From contig OZ242383.1 of assembly GCA_965209155.1 (NCBI GenBank), forward strand, positions 3,744,001 through 3,808,000: a stretch of 64,000 bases of DNA, written 5' to 3'. A program made the position numbers and the translations under genes. This stretch comes from a bacterium. GTDB taxonomy: Bacteria > SAR324 > NAC60-12. The number at the start of each line of letters is the position of its first letter. Positions within the stretch are counted from its first letter, which is position 1. The notes under the pieces are model-generated. The model saw nothing but the letters and a program-made list of their open reading frames with translations. It was not told the DNA's origin and did no database searches. Of this stretch, positions 10,982-23,221 are shown one piece after another.

Positions 10982-12676
10982 GTGAGTAAATCTGAAGCCA
11001 CAAATACTGCTGATTTCATCCGGAATATCATCGAGGAGGATGTGAAGGCCGGAAAGAACGGAGGCAGGGTGATCACTCGTTTTCCACCTGAACCCAATGG
11101 CTTCCTCCATATCGGACACGCCAAGACCATCTGTTTGAATTTTGGCCTGGCAGTCGAGAAGGGAGGCCATTGCTTCCTCAGGTTCGATGACACCAACCCT
11201 GGTAAGGAAAGTAGGGAATACGTCGAAGCCATCAAGGAGGATATACGATGGCTTGGTTTTGATTGGGAAGGTCGACTGCGTTTTGCTTCCGATTATTTTG
11301 AGCAGCTTTATGCTTGTGCGATTACCCTCATTAAAAAAGGTAAAGCTTATGTGTGCAGTCTGACTCCCGAGAAAATTCGTGAATATCGCGGAACCTTACG
11401 CGAACCTGGAAGAGATAGTCCCTACCGTGATCGTAGCGTAGAAGAAAATCTGGATCTCTTTGAGCGAATGCGGGCAGGTGAATTCCAGGACGGCGCTCAT
11501 GTGCTGCGCGCTAAAATCGATATGGTATCTCCCAATCTCAATATGCGGGATCCCACAATTTATAGAATTCGCCGCATGTCCCACCATCAAACCGGAGACT
11601 TCTGGGTAATCTACCCCATGTACGATTTCACCCATTGCCTTTCTGATTCCATAGAAGGGATCACCCACTCTTTATGCACCTTGGAATTTGAAGACCACCG
11701 TCCCCTCTACGATTGGTTTCTGGATGAATTGGAAACAGATTGTCATCCTCGTCAAATCGAGTTTTCCCGACTCTATTTGGAATACACGCTGATGAGCAAA
11801 CGCAAGATGATCGCATTGGTAGAGAATGGGCACGTGCATGGATGGGATGACCCAAGAATGTGGACCCTGGCTGGTTTTCGGCGTAGGGGCTATACAGCAA
11901 AATCTATCCGGGATTTTTGCAAGCGCATCGGAATTTCCAAAAGTGAATCCATAACGGAAATCTACGTTTTGGAAGATTGCCTTCGTCAGGAACTGGAGGA
12001 AAAGGCCGAGAGGGTATTGGGAGTCTTATACCCATTGAAGGTGGTCATTGAAAATTTTGAGGAAAATCAAGTAGAAGAACTCGATGCGCGTTTTCATCCG
12101 AATGACGAGACAATGGGAACTCGTATCCTCCCATTTACCAAAGAACTATATATCGATCGTAGCGATTTTGAAGAAAAACCACCCGCCGGGTATAGACGCC
12201 TTTCTCCCGGAAGAGAAGTGCGACTCCGTTATGGATATGTGATTCGCTGTGATCGGGTGATCAAGGACGAAAGAGGAAAAGTACTCGAATTGCGTTGCAA
12301 CTATGATCCGGAGACTTTGGGAAAAAAACCGATAGGACGCAAAGTCAAGGGAGTTATTCACTGGGTTTCGGCAATACATTCCTTTGAAGCGGAGGTGCGC
12401 CTTTATGACCGACTCTTTCTCGACAAAAATCCGGCAGATAGTGAGTTAACCGACCTTTCCAACATGATCAATCCTCACTCCCTGCAAATCGTAAAGGGTT
12501 GTTTGGAAAAAAGCTTACGAGGAGCAAAACCCGGAGAGCGCTTTCAGTTCGAGAGAACAGGATATTTCTATGTGGACCCGATTGATTCACAAGAAAATGC
12601 TCCGGTTTTTAATCGAATCGTAACCTTGAGGGATTCCTGGAGCAGAAAAGATTCAACTTCTGTCCGGAGCATTTAA
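10982..12676 (+). CDS. glnS: glutamine--tRNA ligase
   Basis: [38 protein letters not shown]; start (GTG) approximate. Confidence 0.96.
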   Translation: MSKSEATNTADFIRNIIEEDVKAGKNGGRVITRFPPEPNGFLHIGHAKTICLNFGLAVEKGGHCFLRFDDTNPGKESREYVEAIKEDIRWLGFDWEGRLRFASDYFEQLYACAITLIKKGKAYVCSLTPEKIREYRGTLREPGRDSPYRDRSVEENLDLFERMRAGEFQDGAHVLRAKIDMVSPNLNMRDPTIYRIRRMSHHQTGDFWVIYPMYDFTHCLSDSIEGITHSLCTLEFEDHRPLYDWFLDELETDCHPRQIEFSRLYLEYTLMSKRKMIALVENGHVHGWDDPRMWTLAGFRRRGYTAKSIRDFCKRIGISKSESITEIYVLEDCLRQELEEKAERVLGVLYPLKVVIENFEENQVEELDARFHPNDETMGTRILPFTKELYIDRSDFEEKPPAGYRRLSPGREVRLRYGYVIRCDRVIKDERGKVLELRCNYDPETLGKKPIGRKVKGVIHWVSAIHSFEAEVRLYDRLFLDKNPADSELTDLSNMINPHSLQIVKGCLEKSLRGAKPGERFQFERTGYFYVDPIDSQENAPVFNRIVTLRDSWSRKDSTSVRSI

Positions 12677-14473
12677 TCAACGTCCTCCTTCATAAAACGA
12701 GCGCAACAAGCGACTACGAGTGGGATGCCGGAGTTTGCGAAGCGCCTTGGCTTCAATTTGACGAATGCGCTCTCGAGTCACATCAAAATCTTGCCCGACT
12801 TCTTCCAACGTATGGTCTTTCTTTTCATCAATACCAAATCGCATGCGTAACACTCGTTCTTCTCGAGGAGTCAAGGTACTCAAGGCATAACGAGTCAATT
12901 CGCTGAGATTGGAGTAAGAGGTAGCATCCCCTGGATTACTCGACTTCTCATCGGCAATAAAATCTTTCAATTGCGAATCTTCATCGTCCCCTATTGGCGT
13001 ATCCAGAGAAATTGGCTCTTTGGCGATTTTCAGCACTTTACGTACTTTATTGAGGGGCATTTCCATGTTTTTTGCCAGTTCTTCCGGAGTGGGCTCGCGA
13101 CCGTATTCCTGGACCAGGGCTCGAGATGTCCGGGACAGCTTATTGATCGTCTCGATCATATGGACCGGAATGCGAATCGTGCGCGCTTGATCCGCAATGG
13201 CCCGGGTTATCGATTGACGAATCCACCAAGTGGCATAGGTGGAAAATTTGTAGCCTCGTCGATATTCAAATTTATCCACGGCTTTCATCAGTCCAATATT
13301 CCCCTCCTGGATGAGATCGAGAAACTGCAATCCCCGGTTGGTATACTTTTTGGCAATGCTGATTACCAAACGCAGATTTGCTTCCACCAACTGACTCTTG
13401 GCCAATTTGACCTTGCGTTCAGCGGCTTTGAGGCGTTTCACCTCTTCCTGAAATTGAGGCCAGGAAAGAGCGGTTGCTTGAATCATGGAATCGATACGAT
13501 TCTGGCAGGCTTGGATTTTTTCAAAAACACGTCGCGCAATCTTGAAACCGCAGCCGCTTTTCGTTTCAATTTTTTCAGCAATTTTGTTCTTTTCTACAAT
13601 ATCATCGCTTTTACACCACATTTCAAAAAGATATTTGGCTTCTGAACGAGCGATTCGGAAATTTTTTGAATATAATTCTAATTGTTTAAAAGTGAGATCG
13701 ATCTTATTTTTATGCTTGAGCATCACATTGCCCATGATTTCCACCTGCCTGGAATTGTAATTGATGCTCCTTGTCAAACTCTCGATCTGCTCCTGCAATT
13801 CCCTGGCTTTCCTCTTCTCCATATCGCTTAACCGGCTTCCGCTGGCTCGGATTTGCTGAAGTTCCTCATAGTGGTCTTGAGCTTTTGCCAGGACATTGAT
13901 CACCCGTTTACCGGCAGCCGCTTCATCATCGATGACGTTGTCATCGTCATCCAAACCTGAAACAATATGACGTGCCCGCAAAGTACTCTGTCGCAATTTC
14001 TTGGACAATTCAAACAGGTAGGTAATCACCAGGTTGGATTGAGAAAAAATTTCAATCAGTTCATGCTGCCCCTCCTCTATCCTTTTGGCGACATCCACTT
14101 CACCGTCTCGATTCAAGAGTTCAATGCCTCCCATTTCCCGCAGGTACATTCGCACCGGATCGTCTGTGGAATTATCGATGCCTGGTTCCAGATCCAACTC
14201 GTCCTTGTTTTCCAGGTACAGACTTTTTTTCTCTTTGGTCAGGATGATGTTTTTTGTGGAATCGACTACTTCGATATCCATTTCGGTTAAAATATCGAAA
14301 ATGCGTTCCAACTGGTCGGGATCGGGGGTATCCTTGACTAAATGAGCGTTGATTTCATCGAGCGTGATAAACCCTTTTTCTTTTCCTTCCGCAATCAGGT
14401 CTTTAATCAACTTTGCCCGGTTTTTCGGAGTACGTGCTGTTTCGGCAATGGACTGCGCACCTTGTTTTCTCAT
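12677..14473 (-). CDS. rpoD: RNA polymerase primary sigma factor
   Basis: [44 protein letters not shown]. Confidence 0.97.
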   Translation of the reverse strand: MRKQGAQSIAETARTPKNRAKLIKDLIAEGKEKGFITLDEINAHLVKDTPDPDQLERIFDILTEMDIEVVDSTKNIILTKEKKSLYLENKDELDLEPGIDNSTDDPVRMYLREMGGIELLNRDGEVDVAKRIEEGQHELIEIFSQSNLVITYLFELSKKLRQSTLRARHIVSGLDDDDNVIDDEAAAGKRVINVLAKAQDHYEELQQIRASGSRLSDMEKRKARELQEQIESLTRSINYNSRQVEIMGNVMLKHKNKIDLTFKQLELYSKNFRIARSEAKYLFEMWCKSDDIVEKNKIAEKIETKSGCGFKIARRVFEKIQACQNRIDSMIQATALSWPQFQEEVKRLKAAERKVKLAKSQLVEANLRLVISIAKKYTNRGLQFLDLIQEGNIGLMKAVDKFEYRRGYKFSTYATWWIRQSITRAIADQARTIRIPVHMIETINKLSRTSRALVQEYGREPTPEELAKNMEMPLNKVRKVLKIAKEPISLDTPIGDDEDSQLKDFIADEKSSNPGDATSYSNLSELTRYALSTLTPREERVLRMRFGIDEKKDHTLEEVGQDFDVTRERIRQIEAKALRKLRHPTRSRLLRSFYEGGR

Positions 14474-14499
14474 TGGAATCTTCCTCCTCGAATGGGGAT

Positions 14500-16275
14500 T
14501 TATCGCTGTGGTAAAAATTGAGTGAGCGCTTCCTTTTGCTTTCGAAATTCTCTTCCTGCTTCGAAGCGCTCTTCATCGGTCTTCAGAGTTGTATCCTTCT
14601 CATCATATTGCGCCTTCAAATGTCGTTCTTTGACGCGACGGATCCAACGCTTGAGCTCCAATTCCCGCACCTCCTGAGTCGCCATTTCCAGATCCTGGGG
14701 TAACTCCTCCATATAAAGCTCCATCAGTTGGACAAAATGTTCGGGAAACCAACGCTCCAATTCTTCTATACGAATTTTTTGAAATTCTTCAATCGAAAAT
14801 TGAAGCAGTTGTTCATATATATGACGAAAAAGTGGTGTGCGAAATTCAATGACATGCAAATATTCCCGTACGAACGCCATGGGGGCTCTGAGATGCAGCA
14901 ATACTTGTAAAATCCTTTTTTCATCTTGATCTTCAGTCGCCTTCGGAATATCAGAATTTAAACTTTTTATTCTACCACGTTGTTTCAGATTATACAAAGT
15001 ATTTTCTGCTCTTTTTAAAATATCTTTTTCACTGATGTGGGTCGATTCCGCCAGGTAAGAAATGGCCAGATTGCGTATCATTTCGTCTTGAATCGCTACA
15101 ATCAAAGGTAACAGTTCTTCGATTGCTTTTATACGTCCTTGCACATGGCGATCGTGTTTATCAAGGCATTGCTGCACCAGGTATTCAAAGACGGGGATAT
15201 CTTGTTGTAATAATTTCGAAAATTTTTCAGTTCCATGCTTTAACAAGAACGAATCGGGGTCTTCCTCAGGGGGCAAAACAACGATGGTTGCGTCCATTTT
15301 GCTCGATAGAAGCAGAGGACAACTTCTCCAGGCGGCTTCTTTCCCGGCTTGATCTCCGTCCAGAAGTAGTAAGATTTTTTCGGAATAGCGTTGGGCAAAG
15401 CGCAAATGCTCGGCAGTCAATGACGTTCCGCAGGTAGCTACAGCATGCTTGAAACCACATTCATGAAGGCGGATTACGTCCAGGTAGCCTTCAACCAGAA
15501 TAATCTGTCTTTTTTGTTTGATGACGTCTTTTCCTTCAAAAAAGCCGTATAGGGTTTGGCTTTTATGATAGTATTTCGATTCAGCGCTGTTCAAATATTT
15601 CGGTTGCTGTTCCTTGTCGAGAGCGCGAGCACCAAAAGCGATGCAACGGCCTTGAATATCCCGGATGGGGAAAATGACACGATTGCGAAATGTATCAAAA
15701 GGTAGATCGGATTTTTGTGAGCGTTTAATCAATCCGGCCTCCAGGAGTTCTTTTTGAGTGAATCCTTGCCTGCTTAAATGTAAAAAAAGAATCTGCCATT
15801 CCTCGGGTACGAACCCCAACTGAAAGGTTTGCCAGCTGTTGGCAGGAATGGCACGTTTTTTCAAATATTCCCGGCCTGGATTGACAGTCGATTGCTGCAG
15901 GATGAGGGAATGGTAAAATTTTGAGGCAGCGCGCAATGCTTGCAGGATGCGATCCTCAGATTTCGTTTTGGTCGAAGAGCTCTTTTCCAGGGGAATGCCA
16001 AAACGATTCGCCAATTCGGTGACTGAATCGACAAAAGACAATTTGTCATATTCCCTGACGAAATGGATTGCATCTCCTCTCTTACCACAGCCAAAACAAT
16101 AAAAAAAACCTCGTTGTGGATTGACAGTGAATGAAGGTGTTTTTTCATTATGGAAAGGGCAAAGAGCCTTGTAGTTCGCACCCGTGCGCTTCAATTGAAT
16201 GCCACGGTCCGATAAGACGGACAATATGTCGGCAGCTTGTAAAATTTTTTCAATGAAATCGGCGCTGAAATTCAT
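14500..16275 (-). CDS. dnaG: DNA primase
   Basis: [11 protein letters not shown] zinc finger, KYLNS, VEGYLDV, DGDQAG; upstream of rpoD. Confidence 0.97.
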   Translation of the reverse strand: MNFSADFIEKILQAADILSVLSDRGIQLKRTGANYKALCPFHNEKTPSFTVNPQRGFFYCFGCGKRGDAIHFVREYDKLSFVDSVTELANRFGIPLEKSSSTKTKSEDRILQALRAASKFYHSLILQQSTVNPGREYLKKRAIPANSWQTFQLGFVPEEWQILFLHLSRQGFTQKELLEAGLIKRSQKSDLPFDTFRNRVIFPIRDIQGRCIAFGARALDKEQQPKYLNSAESKYYHKSQTLYGFFEGKDVIKQKRQIILVEGYLDVIRLHECGFKHAVATCGTSLTAEHLRFAQRYSEKILLLLDGDQAGKEAAWRSCPLLLSSKMDATIVVLPPEEDPDSFLLKHGTEKFSKLLQQDIPVFEYLVQQCLDKHDRHVQGRIKAIEELLPLIVAIQDEMIRNLAISYLAESTHISEKDILKRAENTLYNLKQRGRIKSLNSDIPKATEDQDEKRILQVLLHLRAPMAFVREYLHVIEFRTPLFRHIYEQLLQFSIEEFQKIRIEELERWFPEHFVQLMELYMEELPQDLEMATQEVRELELKRWIRRVKERHLKAQYDEKDTTLKTDEERFEAGREFRKQKEALTQFLPQR

Positions 16276-16502
16276 GATTCTATTTCTGCCATCAAAAAAT
16301 GTGTTCTGCCAGTTAAAAAACGTATCCGTTCTCTTTGCTGATTTTCAAAGGAATACAAACTTTGTTGTTGCAATGCAACGATCATCGGCAAATGATTGAT
16401 TTTTTAGTTCTTTGTCTTGAGTTTTCTCTGTTACTATCGCCATAGTATTTTCCTGCAAGGGTTGCGCTTCACCAAAGTTGAAATAATCAATTCTGAAAAT
16501 CC

Positions 16503-17024
16503 ATGGTTACATTCAACATACATTCTTTAAAAGAAATGATGGTTGCAGGCAAGCTGATTGGAAACCATTTATTTCCGGGAGCCATCGTGTTGCTGTCGGG
16601 TGACTTGGGTACTGGAAAAACTGCTTTGGCAAAAAGCATTTGTTCCGCATTGGGCGTAAATCCCGATATAGTGATTTCCCCGACATACACCATTGTGAAT
16701 ATTTACGAAGGAATGTGGCCAATCTGTCATGTGGATCTTTTTCGTCTCTCCTCTCCCAAGGAATTGGAAGATTTCGACTGGGATGAATTGGTCAGTGAGA
16801 AAGGCGTTACTCTGGTCGAATGGCCCGAAATCCTGCAATCTTTTCTGACCAACGAACCACAGCTTTGGATCAGTTTGCAGTCATTGTCCGGTACGATTCG
16901 GAATCTGGAAATCCGGACGGAACAAAATCATTTCAAGTCTCTTTTCAAGGCTTTTGATCACTATGAACATGCTCACGCTGAACACGGCTTTTTTCGACGT
17001 GGCAATCAGTTTGACAAAAAATGA
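16503..17024 (+). CDS. tsaE: tRNA threonylcarbamoyladenosine biosynthesis ATPase
   Basis: GDLGTGKT, SPTYTIV, HVDLFRL, VEWP. Confidence 0.93.
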   Translation: MVTFNIHSLKEMMVAGKLIGNHLFPGAIVLLSGDLGTGKTALAKSICSALGVNPDIVISPTYTIVNIYEGMWPICHVDLFRLSSPKELEDFDWDELVSEKGVTLVEWPEILQSFLTNEPQLWISLQSLSGTIRNLEIRTEQNHFKSLFKAFDHYEHAHAEHGFFRRGNQFDKK

Positions 17025-17616
17025 CGAACTGGTTGCCAATTACTACTCGGTTGGTAACAAACAAAATGAGCAACTGATATTTCAAACTTTAGGGAGTTTG
17101 CTGGACAATGCGCAAATGAGCTTGCAGCAGATCGATTGCTACGTGGTCATCAAAGGTCCGGGTTCTTATACAGGTTTACGGATTGGCATGAGCGTGGCAA
17201 AGACCTTAGGCCAGGTTTATCAGAAGCCGGTGATTGGAGTCACTTCGCTGGAGATGCTTGCATCAATGGCGACTCCTTTGAAAAAACCGTTTTTCGTGTT
17301 GCTAAATTGCGCTCGTTCAGAAATTTTTTATGCCCGCTTTCAATTCAAATCCGGTAAAGTGTTCCAACAAACGGAAATTCAATTGACAACCCTTGAATCT
17401 CTTCGACAGCATTTGAATGGGGAGCCTGTGGTGCTGAAACGCTTGGTGACTCGAAATAGATTATTCGATACGCTTTTTGAACATCTTCCCCGCCATACTC
17501 TGCAATATCCCATAGCCGATGGATATCCCCTTTTGAAGTTGGGTTTTGAGTACTACCAGAAGTATGATGGCAATTTCCCCATCGTCAATCCCCTCTACGT
17601 TAAAAAAGACGTATGA
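16963..17616 (+). CDS. tsaB: tRNA threonylcarbamoyladenosine biosynthesis protein
   Basis: GPGSYTGLRIG motif, adjacent to tsaE. Confidence 0.9.
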   Translation: MNMLTLNTAFFDVAISLTKNDELVANYYSVGNKQNEQLIFQTLGSLLDNAQMSLQQIDCYVVIKGPGSYTGLRIGMSVAKTLGQVYQKPVIGVTSLEMLASMATPLKKPFFVLLNCARSEIFYARFQFKSGKVFQQTEIQLTTLESLRQHLNGEPVVLKRLVTRNRLFDTLFEHLPRHTLQYPIADGYPLLKLGFEYYQKYDGNFPIVNPLYVKKDV

Positions 17617-17674
17617 GAATTCGGAGATAGTTTTCGCAAACGGTTGCCGCTGGGCGCGGGGGCGATTCCAAAAT

Positions 17675-18571
17675 ATGACCTTTATGGCTATATTTTCACA
17701 AATCACTTTTTGTTTCCGCTCCGTAGTCGACCAGCGATTGGTATGGAAATTCTCGAGAATTCTTATCGTTGGAATATTTATCAGTATGACTATCTTAGTT
17801 TCTTGTGGGCGACGTACCCCTCCCCGTCCGATTATACCATCTCCCACTTTTGTTGAATTGGAAGCGATGCAACGTGGGGAGCACGTCCGTCTTTCCTGGG
17901 TGATGCAGGATGGCATTTTTCGAGAAAGTGGTACGCAGATTTTTCTCATTGAAGAAATGGAACTCGATCCCCAGTGTATTTCTTGTCAACCTGAACTGGT
18001 ACGCGTCCAAAGTCTTCCCTTTCCTTCTCGTCATTTCGTTGTGGAGAGAGGAAGAGTCTTTTTTCGGTCTGTGTTGAAGAAAGATCTGAAAATGCATATA
18101 TTCAAAGTCACTCATCAAAATCGGGAAGGAAACGATTTGAGTGAGTCTCAAGCCGTTCATTTCCCGCAGTTTGTGGATTTTCCTCCACTTCCAATGCTAG
18201 AGTGGAATCAGTTGCCCATTGATTCATTTCCAGTATTAAAGGATTTATCAGAAAAGCTCCCCACAAGTCTCGAAGAAATTCAACTGCTGCGATTTTCCTG
18301 GCAATCCCCGCAAGAAAAAATCAAATTTTATTTTCCCAATCAAAAAACAGTGGCTCAACGTCCGGTTTTTTATCGAGTCAACCTCTACAGGAGATTGCCA
18401 GGTCAAGCATGGTCGGAACATCCAGTCAATATGAAACCCATTGCAGAAAATTTCTATATTGGATATCAGGAAAAAAGCGAACCTGAATATTTGTATCAGA
18501 TCAGGTTGGTGGATTCTCGAGGAAACGAAAGCGCTCCGTCTATCACTTATTCCATTCCTTCATCACGATAA
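17675..18571 (+). CDS. putative lipoprotein with fibronectin type III-like C-terminus
   Basis: lipobox ILVSC followed by GRRTPPRP; C-terminal YQIRLVDSRGNESAPS; start uncertain (17675 or 17738). Confidence 0.6.
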   Translation: MTFMAIFSQITFCFRSVVDQRLVWKFSRILIVGIFISMTILVSCGRRTPPRPIIPSPTFVELEAMQRGEHVRLSWVMQDGIFRESGTQIFLIEEMELDPQCISCQPELVRVQSLPFPSRHFVVERGRVFFRSVLKKDLKMHIFKVTHQNREGNDLSESQAVHFPQFVDFPPLPMLEWNQLPIDSFPVLKDLSEKLPTSLEEIQLLRFSWQSPQEKIKFYFPNQKTVAQRPVFYRVNLYRRLPGQAWSEHPVNMKPIAENFYIGYQEKSEPEYLYQIRLVDSRGNESAPSITYSIPSSR

Positions 18572-18589
18572 CATTTTCAATATTTCCAA

Positions 18590-20476
18590 ATGCCTAATCA
18601 AAGACCGCTTCGCTTCCTCATCCATATAACATTAATTACAGGACTCGCTCTCGCCACTTCAATCGGCTGCCATTCTTTCCAGTCGACGAATGCGCCACTT
18701 GCTCCCGCAAAGGGGTCGCAGGAAAATCCTATTGAAGCGCAATATCGGCTTCTGGAGGATAATCCTGGTGATGCCAATTCGCATTATCGATTGGCGCTCA
18801 GTTTATTGGAACAAGAAGACTATACCAAGGCCCAAGTGCACATCAACGCGGCCATGAGAATCTCTCCGCCAAACGGGATTTATTTTGAATTGTGGGGAGA
18901 CCTTTCCTTTCGTTTGAATCGCTATAACGTGGCCATCAATGCCTTCAAATCGGCCATTCGATTGGAACCCGATCTCCTTTCCGCTTACTTAAAACTGGCC
19001 CTTGTCTATGAAAAAACTACCCAGTATGAACTGGCGTTAGTCACCTTGGAAGAAGGAATCAACCGGGATCCCCAATTTGTGGAAGCCTACTATCATTTGG
19101 CGCGTCTTCACTGGCTTCAGCATGAATATGAAGCAGCACGGGAAGCCATTAATAAAAGTCTGCTGTTCGAACCGGAAAATGAAGAATTCCTCTTGCTTCA
19201 GATACGAGTACATTCGGCAGAAGGTAATTACTACCATGCCAGAATCCTCACGGATCGTTTATTGGAGAAGCATCCCGATTCCTATGACGCCTGGCATGAA
19301 AAATTAAAGATCTTGTATACTCAACAAGAATGGAAGGCCGCCCTCCGCATGATTGAAATGTCGGACCACCCTCTCCACTTGAATGACCAGATGATTCATG
19401 CGCAGATCCTCATTCGCCAAAACCAGCTGGACGAGGTGCAAGCGATTCTGGAAACACTCTTAGAATCCTATCCACTGAATACGCAAATTATGGTGGAGTT
19501 CGCCACCCTGCTGATCCGGCAAGGCGCATTGCAAAAGGCGCTGCAATGGCTGCAACGTAGTACGGAAATTGACGATCAACAGGCGCATGTTTATTTTTTG
19601 CAGGCCTCTCTTTTTTTTAAGTTGGGGAATTTCCTCCAAGGGGATTTCGCTCTCGATAAAGCAACTACTTTGGCTCCTTTGAATCAAGACTATCTTCTTT
19701 TGAAATTGCGCCGGCAATTGATGAAGGGAGAATTCGATGAAGTGGAGCAACAATTGAAGGAATTATTGAAGAAACAATCGCTGGATCCTGAAGTATTGAG
19801 ACTGCAGTCCGACTTGTTCACGCTTCTGGGAAACTATGAACAAGCAGAACTTCTCATCCGCCAAATTCAAATCATAGCGGATCATGATGTCCTCCGCTTT
19901 TCACTTGCCCGCGTCTATTATTTTCAACAAAAATTCCAGTCCGTATTACCCATCACCACTTCCTTGATCGAAAAATATCCTGACGATTGGGAAAGTGTTT
20001 ATCTCCATGCCGCTACCCTGCAACGTCTCGGGAGACTGGAAGAGGCGTTTTCAATACTGCGACCAGTTTTACTACAAAAAAAAGGAAGCGGCTTCATCCA
20101 TCATCTGATGGGGGATATCTATCGATACCAGGGTGAGGAAAATTCAGCTCAGAGAATATATCTGGCAGGATTGGAAATTTTTCCTGAAAATGTTTATCTG
20201 ATCGCTGCCCTGAGCGCATCCTATCTGGCAGAACAAAAATGGCAAGAAGCTCATGATGTTATTTTAAAAGCAGTGGAGGAAAAACATCCCTTGCAAACCG
20301 TTTTATTGGACAGAATGGTATACACTGCATACCAAATCGGCAAACCCTTGGAAGCACGACGATATTTGCAACAATATAATCAAAACATCGATCCGATTTT
20401 CAAGGCTTACAACGTCGGTGTGGAAAAACGGTTGCTCTTTCCGATCGCTTCACCGGTATTGGGTTTTTCTTTGTAG
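18590..20476 (+). CDS. tetratricopeptide-repeat lipoprotein
   Basis: lipobox SIGC; many TPR units (e.g. AIRLEPDLLSAYLKLA). Confidence 0.8.
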   Translation: MPNQRPLRFLIHITLITGLALATSIGCHSFQSTNAPLAPAKGSQENPIEAQYRLLEDNPGDANSHYRLALSLLEQEDYTKAQVHINAAMRISPPNGIYFELWGDLSFRLNRYNVAINAFKSAIRLEPDLLSAYLKLALVYEKTTQYELALVTLEEGINRDPQFVEAYYHLARLHWLQHEYEAAREAINKSLLFEPENEEFLLLQIRVHSAEGNYYHARILTDRLLEKHPDSYDAWHEKLKILYTQQEWKAALRMIEMSDHPLHLNDQMIHAQILIRQNQLDEVQAILETLLESYPLNTQIMVEFATLLIRQGALQKALQWLQRSTEIDDQQAHVYFLQASLFFKLGNFLQGDFALDKATTLAPLNQDYLLLKLRRQLMKGEFDEVEQQLKELLKKQSLDPEVLRLQSDLFTLLGNYEQAELLIRQIQIIADHDVLRFSLARVYYFQQKFQSVLPITTSLIEKYPDDWESVYLHAATLQRLGRLEEAFSILRPVLLQKKGSGFIHHLMGDIYRYQGEENSAQRIYLAGLEIFPENVYLIAALSASYLAEQKWQEAHDVILKAVEEKHPLQTVLLDRMVYTAYQIGKPLEARRYLQQYNQNIDPIFKAYNVGVEKRLLFPIASPVLGFSL

Positions 20477-20622
20477 ACTTCTTATAATTCAACGAAGCCA
20501 TCGATTCCGACTCCAGATCCACCATCATCTCGCCCTGTATTTTGCGGAACATACGAAGCGGTTGGAATTCAGCCGACTCACGCGCAGCGGATGCAAGAGG
20601 AATGGCGACAAAATTCAAATCA

Positions 20623-22968
20623 TCATGGTAGAGGCAGCAGCATGGTTTTGCGCTCAGTCACCGTGATAATTTTGTTGCGAGAAAAAAATACCGGGAAATA
20701 CTTCCCATCGGCCCATAAGGGGGCCAGGTCGCAATAGTGTCCACTATCCGGATCACCAGCCTGTCCGGGCGTATTGATGCCCAAGCAGCGATCCCAGTCG
20801 CTCAGGTCGGCAATCAGACGAAAAGAAGCGCCACTCGATTGCTCGTCTTCGGATCCGGTATTATTGACCGTGAAGGCGTCACCACCGCGTGGAAACGGAC
20901 CCACCTCGAGTCGTTCGCGTAGCTCGGCATTCACCGCATTACCCAGCATATGTCTGATGCGGATGGAGTGATAGGCGACCTGACCGTAAATCCACTCTTC
21001 GGGATTCGGACCGAATCGTTCCACGAGATCCTCGATTGCTTCAGTAAAACTCTCCCGGATAAGACGGTCCCGACCGGCGAGCGGTTCGACACCGAAGCTA
21101 CCATCCGGAGCAAGCAGGTTCTGAATCAGCGGAGTGATTGCCACGTTACAGAAGAATTCGCGCATATCTTCCGGAACGTGGATTTCCGTAAATTTCGCCC
21201 ACAGTTTCCTTTGCCAGGCAATGTAGATTCCCGCGCCTACTGATTTCTTGTCCAAAACAAAATCCCAGTCCCGCAGCCTTTCAATCGCTTCTTGCGCAAG
21301 CGCGCTGGATTCGGGAATATCCAGGTTTATCAAAAGCGGTATGAGTTCGCGAGCAGGGATCGAATATTCATCATTCTGAAGGCTTATCATGTCATGGGTG
21401 GTCAACTGCTTCCCACTGGATAGCACCTCCGCGATTCTCGCATAACGGAAAGGCTCGGCCCAATTGTAACTGATGGGATCGCTAAAATCGCGCGGCAGAT
21501 TTTCCTGGTTTGCAGTCGCGATAAATCCTTCAGTCGGATTGACGCGATGTGGCAGTTCAAGAATGGGCAGGTAGCCCTGCCACTCGAAGCGACCATCGCC
21601 AGGGACCGGGAGTAGTCCGTTCCAATTGGGTCTCCGTGGAAGCGCCCCAACCGTTTGCCAGCCCGTGTTGCCCTGCGTATCCGCCCAAATCATGTTTAAC
21701 GACGGAGCGCGGGAAAAGCTGCAGGCGACACGAAATTCTTTCCAGTTTTTGGCTTGGTCTATGCGCAAGCTGGCCAAATACGGGGCCCCACCGGTGTCCA
21801 GCCAGGCTGCGCGTAAACCAAAAGCCATCTTCTTCTCACGATCTTCGGCCAGTATCGGACCATGGCGTGAATATTTGAGTTCGACGACGGCGTCGACCTG
21901 GTCCTTGACGGGGATCATCTCGCGCACGATTCGCATGTCTTGCCAACTGTTGCGGTACCAATATCGATCGGGGTTGTCGGGATGGGTTCGGTAGACGTAC
22001 AAATCTTCACAGTCAGTCGGGAAAATTGTCAGTCCCCAGGCTCCGTGAGAGTTATGTCCGACTGAGATTCCGGGCAAGTGGGGTTCACCTGCCCCGATCA
22101 CGTTCCAACCCGGCGCGACCAAATGCACCCAATAACGCAGCGACGGCGCCGTAATTACCCGGTGCGGGTCATTCACGACAAACGGTTTCCGCGACATCGT
22201 TTTGCATCCACTGACAACCCAATTGTTGCTGCCTTCCTCCCGGCATCCCATTGAACCTGGCGGGCATCCTGCGATAGAGGAATAGGACTCCGACGCCCGG
22301 TCGGATGGATTCACTACGTCTTCCGGTATAAATTCGACTGCCTCGCGAGCTGCCAGATAGTACTTGAGCAGATCATGCGGAATTGCCTCGAGTTCGATTC
22401 CATCCGGAACTTCCAATTCAGGCTGGCCGGGATGGAGATTCATCAGCATCCGAATCGTGTCGGCCGAGACGGATTTGAGCGCCCTGGCAATTTGAACTTC
22501 AGTTTCCAGATTGAGAAAGATGCCGCCAATACGGCCCAATACGATATCTGGCGTCCACGGTTCGGGGATAATTCCAAGCAACCGGAACTCGAGCGGTAAA
22601 AGGTCGGGATCCCCCACTATATGACGAATAAAAGCGTTTATGCCTTCTACGAATGCAGTGACAATCGCTTTTCCATCCGGGTGATAAGAGGAGTACTCTT
22701 CTTCCATATTGCCACGGAATTTCAGCAGACGAGAACCGATGTCGCGATTCAGAGCTTTTGCGCCCTGAATTTCAGCCATCAGTCCCAGCACCCGGCGTCG
22801 CCAGATTTCAAGTTGAAAGAGACGATCGCGAGCCGCGTTGAAACCCTGCGCGAAGAACAGGTCGTGTTGGCTTTTGGCATAGATGTGGACGATCCCCCAT
22901 TGATCAGTCAGCAATTCAACGGGTGCCCTGAGACCGGCGATGTTCAGTGTTTCCATTTTCTCGTCCAA
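20623..22968 (-). CDS. penicillin acylase / Ntn-hydrolase (peptidase S45) family protein
   Basis: DQWGIVHIYA, RDRLFQLE, GSNNWVV, NDPHR. Confidence 0.92.
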   Translation of the reverse strand: MDEKMETLNIAGLRAPVELLTDQWGIVHIYAKSQHDLFFAQGFNAARDRLFQLEIWRRRVLGLMAEIQGAKALNRDIGSRLLKFRGNMEEEYSSYHPDGKAIVTAFVEGINAFIRHIVGDPDLLPLEFRLLGIIPEPWTPDIVLGRIGGIFLNLETEVQIARALKSVSADTIRMLMNLHPGQPELEVPDGIELEAIPHDLLKYYLAAREAVEFIPEDVVNPSDRASESYSSIAGCPPGSMGCREEGSNNWVVSGCKTMSRKPFVVNDPHRVITAPSLRYWVHLVAPGWNVIGAGEPHLPGISVGHNSHGAWGLTIFPTDCEDLYVYRTHPDNPDRYWYRNSWQDMRIVREMIPVKDQVDAVVELKYSRHGPILAEDREKKMAFGLRAAWLDTGGAPYLASLRIDQAKNWKEFRVACSFSRAPSLNMIWADTQGNTGWQTVGALPRRPNWNGLLPVPGDGRFEWQGYLPILELPHRVNPTEGFIATANQENLPRDFSDPISYNWAEPFRYARIAEVLSSGKQLTTHDMISLQNDEYSIPARELIPLLINLDIPESSALAQEAIERLRDWDFVLDKKSVGAGIYIAWQRKLWAKFTEIHVPEDMREFFCNVAITPLIQNLLAPDGSFGVEPLAGRDRLIRESFTEAIEDLVERFGPNPEEWIYGQVAYHSIRIRHMLGNAVNAELRERLEVGPFPRGGDAFTVNNTGSEDEQSSGASFRLIADLSDWDRCLGINTPGQAGDPDSGHYCDLAPLWADGKYFPVFFSRNKIITVTERKTMLLPLP

Positions 22969-23221
22969 TGGGTGATTAGATAGTTTTCAACTCTCTCGAA
23001 AATACGATTGGTCTGTTGGAATTTCAATTTTTTTCTTGATCGTTAATCTTTTTCCAGTATTTTGAGTGCCTGTTCAAATAATTTTAAAACTGAAGTTACC
23101 TGAGATTTTTTTCGTAATGAGGATTTTTCCAAAAATATTCTGGTTCGGCTTGTAGCTGCAAATTGCCGGAGTCCTGGGTTCCACGTATGAAATTTTCACG
23201 TAACCCGAGTTAAAAACGTTC